The notes under the pieces were generated by a model. That model had not been told where the DNA came from. It was given only the letters and a program-made list of their open reading frames with translations, and did not search any database. Shown here one piece after another: positions 60,589-64,000 of a DNA stretch of 64,000 nt. The DNA comes from Amoebidium appalachense. Taxonomy: Eukaryota > Protista > Ichthyosporea. Every line of letters begins with the position of its first letter. Positions within the stretch are counted from its first letter, which is position 1. Location: assembly GCA_963693365.1 (NCBI GenBank), contig CAVNZM010000013.1, positions 3,624,722-3,688,721 of the forward strand, written 5' to 3'. The position numbers and the translations under genes are program-made.

Positions 60589-61410
60589 AAAGGCCAGCAA
60601 ACGGTTTCTAGTTAACTTAGTACATTGGTAGGTGATGCCATCTATTAGTTTTGTTTACTGTAAAGTTTTTTTCTTTTGCTAATATACAGTGTTTTTTTTT
60701 GCCCTTTTTTTATATGGTTCTTTTTTTATATGGTTTTTTTTTTTCTTTTCTTTTTCTTTTCTTTTTTTTTTTTTTTTGCACCAATTAATGTGAGCGGCCT
60801 GAATTCGAATTCGTAGTTTTTTCTGGCAACAACTTCAGAAAAAAAATAGTGACACTATTCGAATATCATATCTACCATGCTGAGTGTATCGCTTAAGTAC
60901 GTGCACTGCAGTATGCTCTCTTTCATGATCACAGCGGCAGCAATGGATAAACCATGGAAATTTTTGGATCAAATGTAAATCAAATGTATTGCTCTGTGTA
61001 CATGACAACATCTGCTCGACTGGCATACAGGGGTCATTCAGGATTAAGATAATTCACCTATAAGATAAGTAGTACTAGTTTTTTGGGGAAAAAATAAGAT
61101 TCTAGGGGCTACCGAGGGTGGGGGAAAAATAAGCCTTCGGGGAAGGGGGAAGGGGGAGGGGGGGGGGGAGGGGGGGACGGCGGGGGGATTCGGAGACAGG
61201 GGGACTGAGGCTTCCCTACGTAGTATTAATAATTCATCTAGTTTAGTATTATTATTTTTAGGCTCTGCACAAGAAAAGTCCCCCCCCCCCCCCCCCCCCC
61301 CTTTTTTTGTGGAGCTGATAACATTTCTTTTCTGATTAGCTTGAAGTCCTCCGGAAGCTTTTGCTTCGTTACCAATCAACAGACCGAAAAAGTCAATGTG
61401 TGTGCGTGTG

Positions 61411-61462
<52 letters not shown>

Positions 61463-61489
61463 GGTGAGTGTCCTTTCCTTGTGTGTGTG

Positions 61490-61505
61490 CACGTATGTGT
61501 ATCAC

Positions 61506-61553
<48 letters not shown>

Positions 61554-62168
61554 GCCTGTGGCCGGGTCACGGTGCACGGTGTGTGTGTGGCTCTCCCTCC
61601 CCCCTTCCGGATCCCCCCTGGCCTGTGGGTCCTTTTTTGGTCTGTGGGGGTATTTTTTTAAAGTTTTTTTTTTTTTTGGGGGGGGGGGGGGGAGGGGGGG
61701 GAGAGGGGGGGAGGGGGGAGAGGGGGAGGGAGGGGGCGGGGAGGGGGGAAGCGGGGGTGGGAAGGGGGGACCTGTGCAAAAATGTGTGCATATGTCTGTG
61801 TGTACATTTGGATTTTGTGTTCGTTTGTCACTCTGGGTGGGTGTGTGTGTGCATGTGTGTGTATCACAATGTGTGTGTGTGTATGTATTTGTGTGTCCGT
61901 GTGACGGTGCACGGCGTGTGTGTGCGTATCCCTCCAACCCCCCCCCCCCCCCCCCCCCCCCCCCTGTCCGGTGGGTCCTCTTTATGAATGAGGAGGTCTT
62001 TTTTGGAGGAAAAAAAGTTTTTTTTTTTTTTTTGAGGGGGGGATGGAGGGGGCTGTGCAAAAATGTGTGCATGTGTCTGTGTGTACATTTGGATTTTGTG
62101 CTCGTTTGTCACTTTGTTTGTTTGTGTGTGTGTGGTGTGTGTGTACGTGTGCACGCGTGTGTATCACA

Positions 62169-62204
<36 letters not shown>

Positions 62205-62365
62205 CAAATGTGGACGGTCCGTGTGGCGGTGCACAGTGTGTGTGTGTGTTTCCCCCCAACCTCCCTCCCTCCCTCCCTCCCCCCTCCCCCCCCCTCTCCT
62301 TTTCCCAACCCTGTCCTGTGGATCCTTTTTATGGGCGGGGAGGTTTTTTCTTTTCTTTTTTTTTT

Positions 62366-62425
<60 letters not shown>

Positions 62426-62611
62426 CTGTACGAACATGTGTGCATATGTCTGTGGGTTCATTTGGATTTTGTGCTCGTTTGTCACTGGGTGTGTTTGTGT
62501 GTGTGGTGTGTGTGTGTGTGTGTGTGTGGCGCGCGCGTGTGTGTGTGCACGTGTGTATCACAATGTAGGTGTGGGTGTGTCTCCGTGCCTCCGAGTCACG
62601 GTGCACGGTGT

Positions 62612-62612
<1 letters not shown>
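61490..62612. repeat. Compound tandem repeat, 3-4 units of ~280-370 bp with embedded GT and homopolymer tracts
   Basis: ATGTGTGCAT(A/G)TGTCTGTG...CATTTGGATTTTGTG(T/C)TCGTTTGTCACT recurs near 61781, 62063 and 62436. GTATCACAA and CGGTGCAC recur four times. Confidence 0.85.
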
Positions 62613-62656
<44 letters not shown>

Positions 62657-64000
62657 AAAAAAAAAAAAACTCCCGCAGCCCAGAGAATCCATAGGACAGA
62701 GGCGGGCGGCGGGGCGGGCGGGCAGGTGGGTGGGCGGGCGGGCGGGCAGGCGGGCGGGCGGAAAGGGGAGGGGTGGGGGGGAAGGGGGATAGGGGGATAA
62801 AATAGTGAACCCTACGGCCGGGAACCTTAAGATTTTAGACCCTACTTGAACCGTAATAACATTTACAGGTTATCTTAAAAGTGAGTGACCCCTGTTCAGT
62901 GGCAGTTTACCCTCCCCTCCCCCCTCCCCCCTCCCGCGCCCCCTCCCCCCGGCCCAATCCCCCTCCCGCCCCGGCCCCCTCCCCCCCCCCCCCCCCCCCC
63001 CCCCAATATGCCCCCCTCCCCCCCCCCCCCTCCCCTCCTCCTCTCTCTCCCTCTGGGCCACGGCTGAAGGCATCATATGAAAGTCGTCGAGTCGAGGACC
63101 CCCCGACTCCAGTGGCAGCCGTAGTCACCAAAATCCTATTTGCCTGCCTGCTGAACAAGATCAAGGTGTTCTCGGCGGAACACGCCGCTCCACCATGCTC
63201 AAATTCGGGTCATGATTTGCGGGTCGAGCCATCTTTTGACCCGCTCCAGATTGCCTCGCCGAAGCTCTCTCTGCTGGCGCTTTGGCTTTGCGCGCGCCCC
63301 AGTGAGAGAGAGAGAGACACCAGACAGACACGTACGCCTGCCTGTTTGTTCCACTCTCCCTCTGTGCGTGCGGGCCAGCCACAAGCAAGGTTATTTGCTA
63401 CCTCTCTGGCATATACTTAGTTCACACGCACACACATTAACACTAGCTCTAACCTCCGTTTTTCAACGCAGTTTGTAGCGAATAGCCGATGAAAGACTGA
63501 GGATTTTACACACTCGCACGCTTCGCTTCACCCACTCACGTTTTTTTTAGGGTATTCCTTGCCCTGGCTCTAGTTTTATTCACGTTGTACTCCTCATATT
63601 ATAGTGGACACGGATACTTTATGTGCGTGCTCGCGGGGAGAGACATTGAGCAAACATTTTGTTCGTAACTTGTTTTTCCTTCTTCTTTACGTTCCTCCCC
63701 TCCTCTCTCCTGCCTTCCAACCCCTCGTCCGCTTTTCTTTTTGTAGTAGTTCAGGGGAGAGTGGGGGGAGGGGAGGGATGGAATGGGGGGTTTCCGTGTT
63801 GCATCTGCACGCACATACCTGTGCATGTCTGGTCTAGGTGCATTTCTGCACTTGTGTGGTGTGTAGGTGTAAGTGTGTTCTAGTGCGCGAGTGGTTGTCA
63901 ATATGTTTCGTTGTCAATAGAAGTGCATGTGCAGGTATGCACGTATGTATGTGCCGACAAGTGTTGTTGTGTCGGTAGGTACTCGCGCAAATATGTGAGA

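Noticed and set aside
61044-61390. Minus-strand ORF tail with ordinary composition
   Set aside because: Interrupted by homopolymers, with no motif.
63060-63300. RILVTTAATGVG resembling a helicase motif
   Set aside because: A single weak motif with stops nearby and no supporting exons.

Overview
Eukaryotic genomic DNA with many introns. The introns are packed with (CA/GT)n, poly-G/C and poly-A/T tracts, so most short ORFs in the track are low-complexity artefacts. Four host genes can be rebuilt by splicing: (1) pentafunctional AROM on the minus strand, with 24 exons visible and the gene continuing off the left edge; (2) head-to-head with it, CHORDC1 (CHORD-CHORD-CS, 9 exons); (3) a single-ORF RGS-domain gene; (4) a secreted mosaic protein (signal peptide, Cys-rich, polyPro, WSC, 3x PAN/apple, 2x carboxypeptidase-regulatory-like, 2x SdrD-B-like) with 8 of 9 introns in phase 1. 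Mobile DNA includes an apparently complete Ngaro-type tyrosine-recombinase retrotransposon, a decayed APE/RT LINE ending in (CA)n, and several MITEs. Two unexplained signals stand out. The first is a family of about 10 copies with a fixed 3' end and variable 5' truncation, lying in poly-C/G tracts and carrying a ~150-nt pseudoknotted RNA fold supported by compensatory changes between subfamilies. The second is a 111-132 bp element with exact 11-bp target-site duplications whose two termini are covarying hairpins. AROM argues against an animal. A unicellular holozoan (e.g. ichthyosporean) or early-diverging fungus is inferred but not shown.
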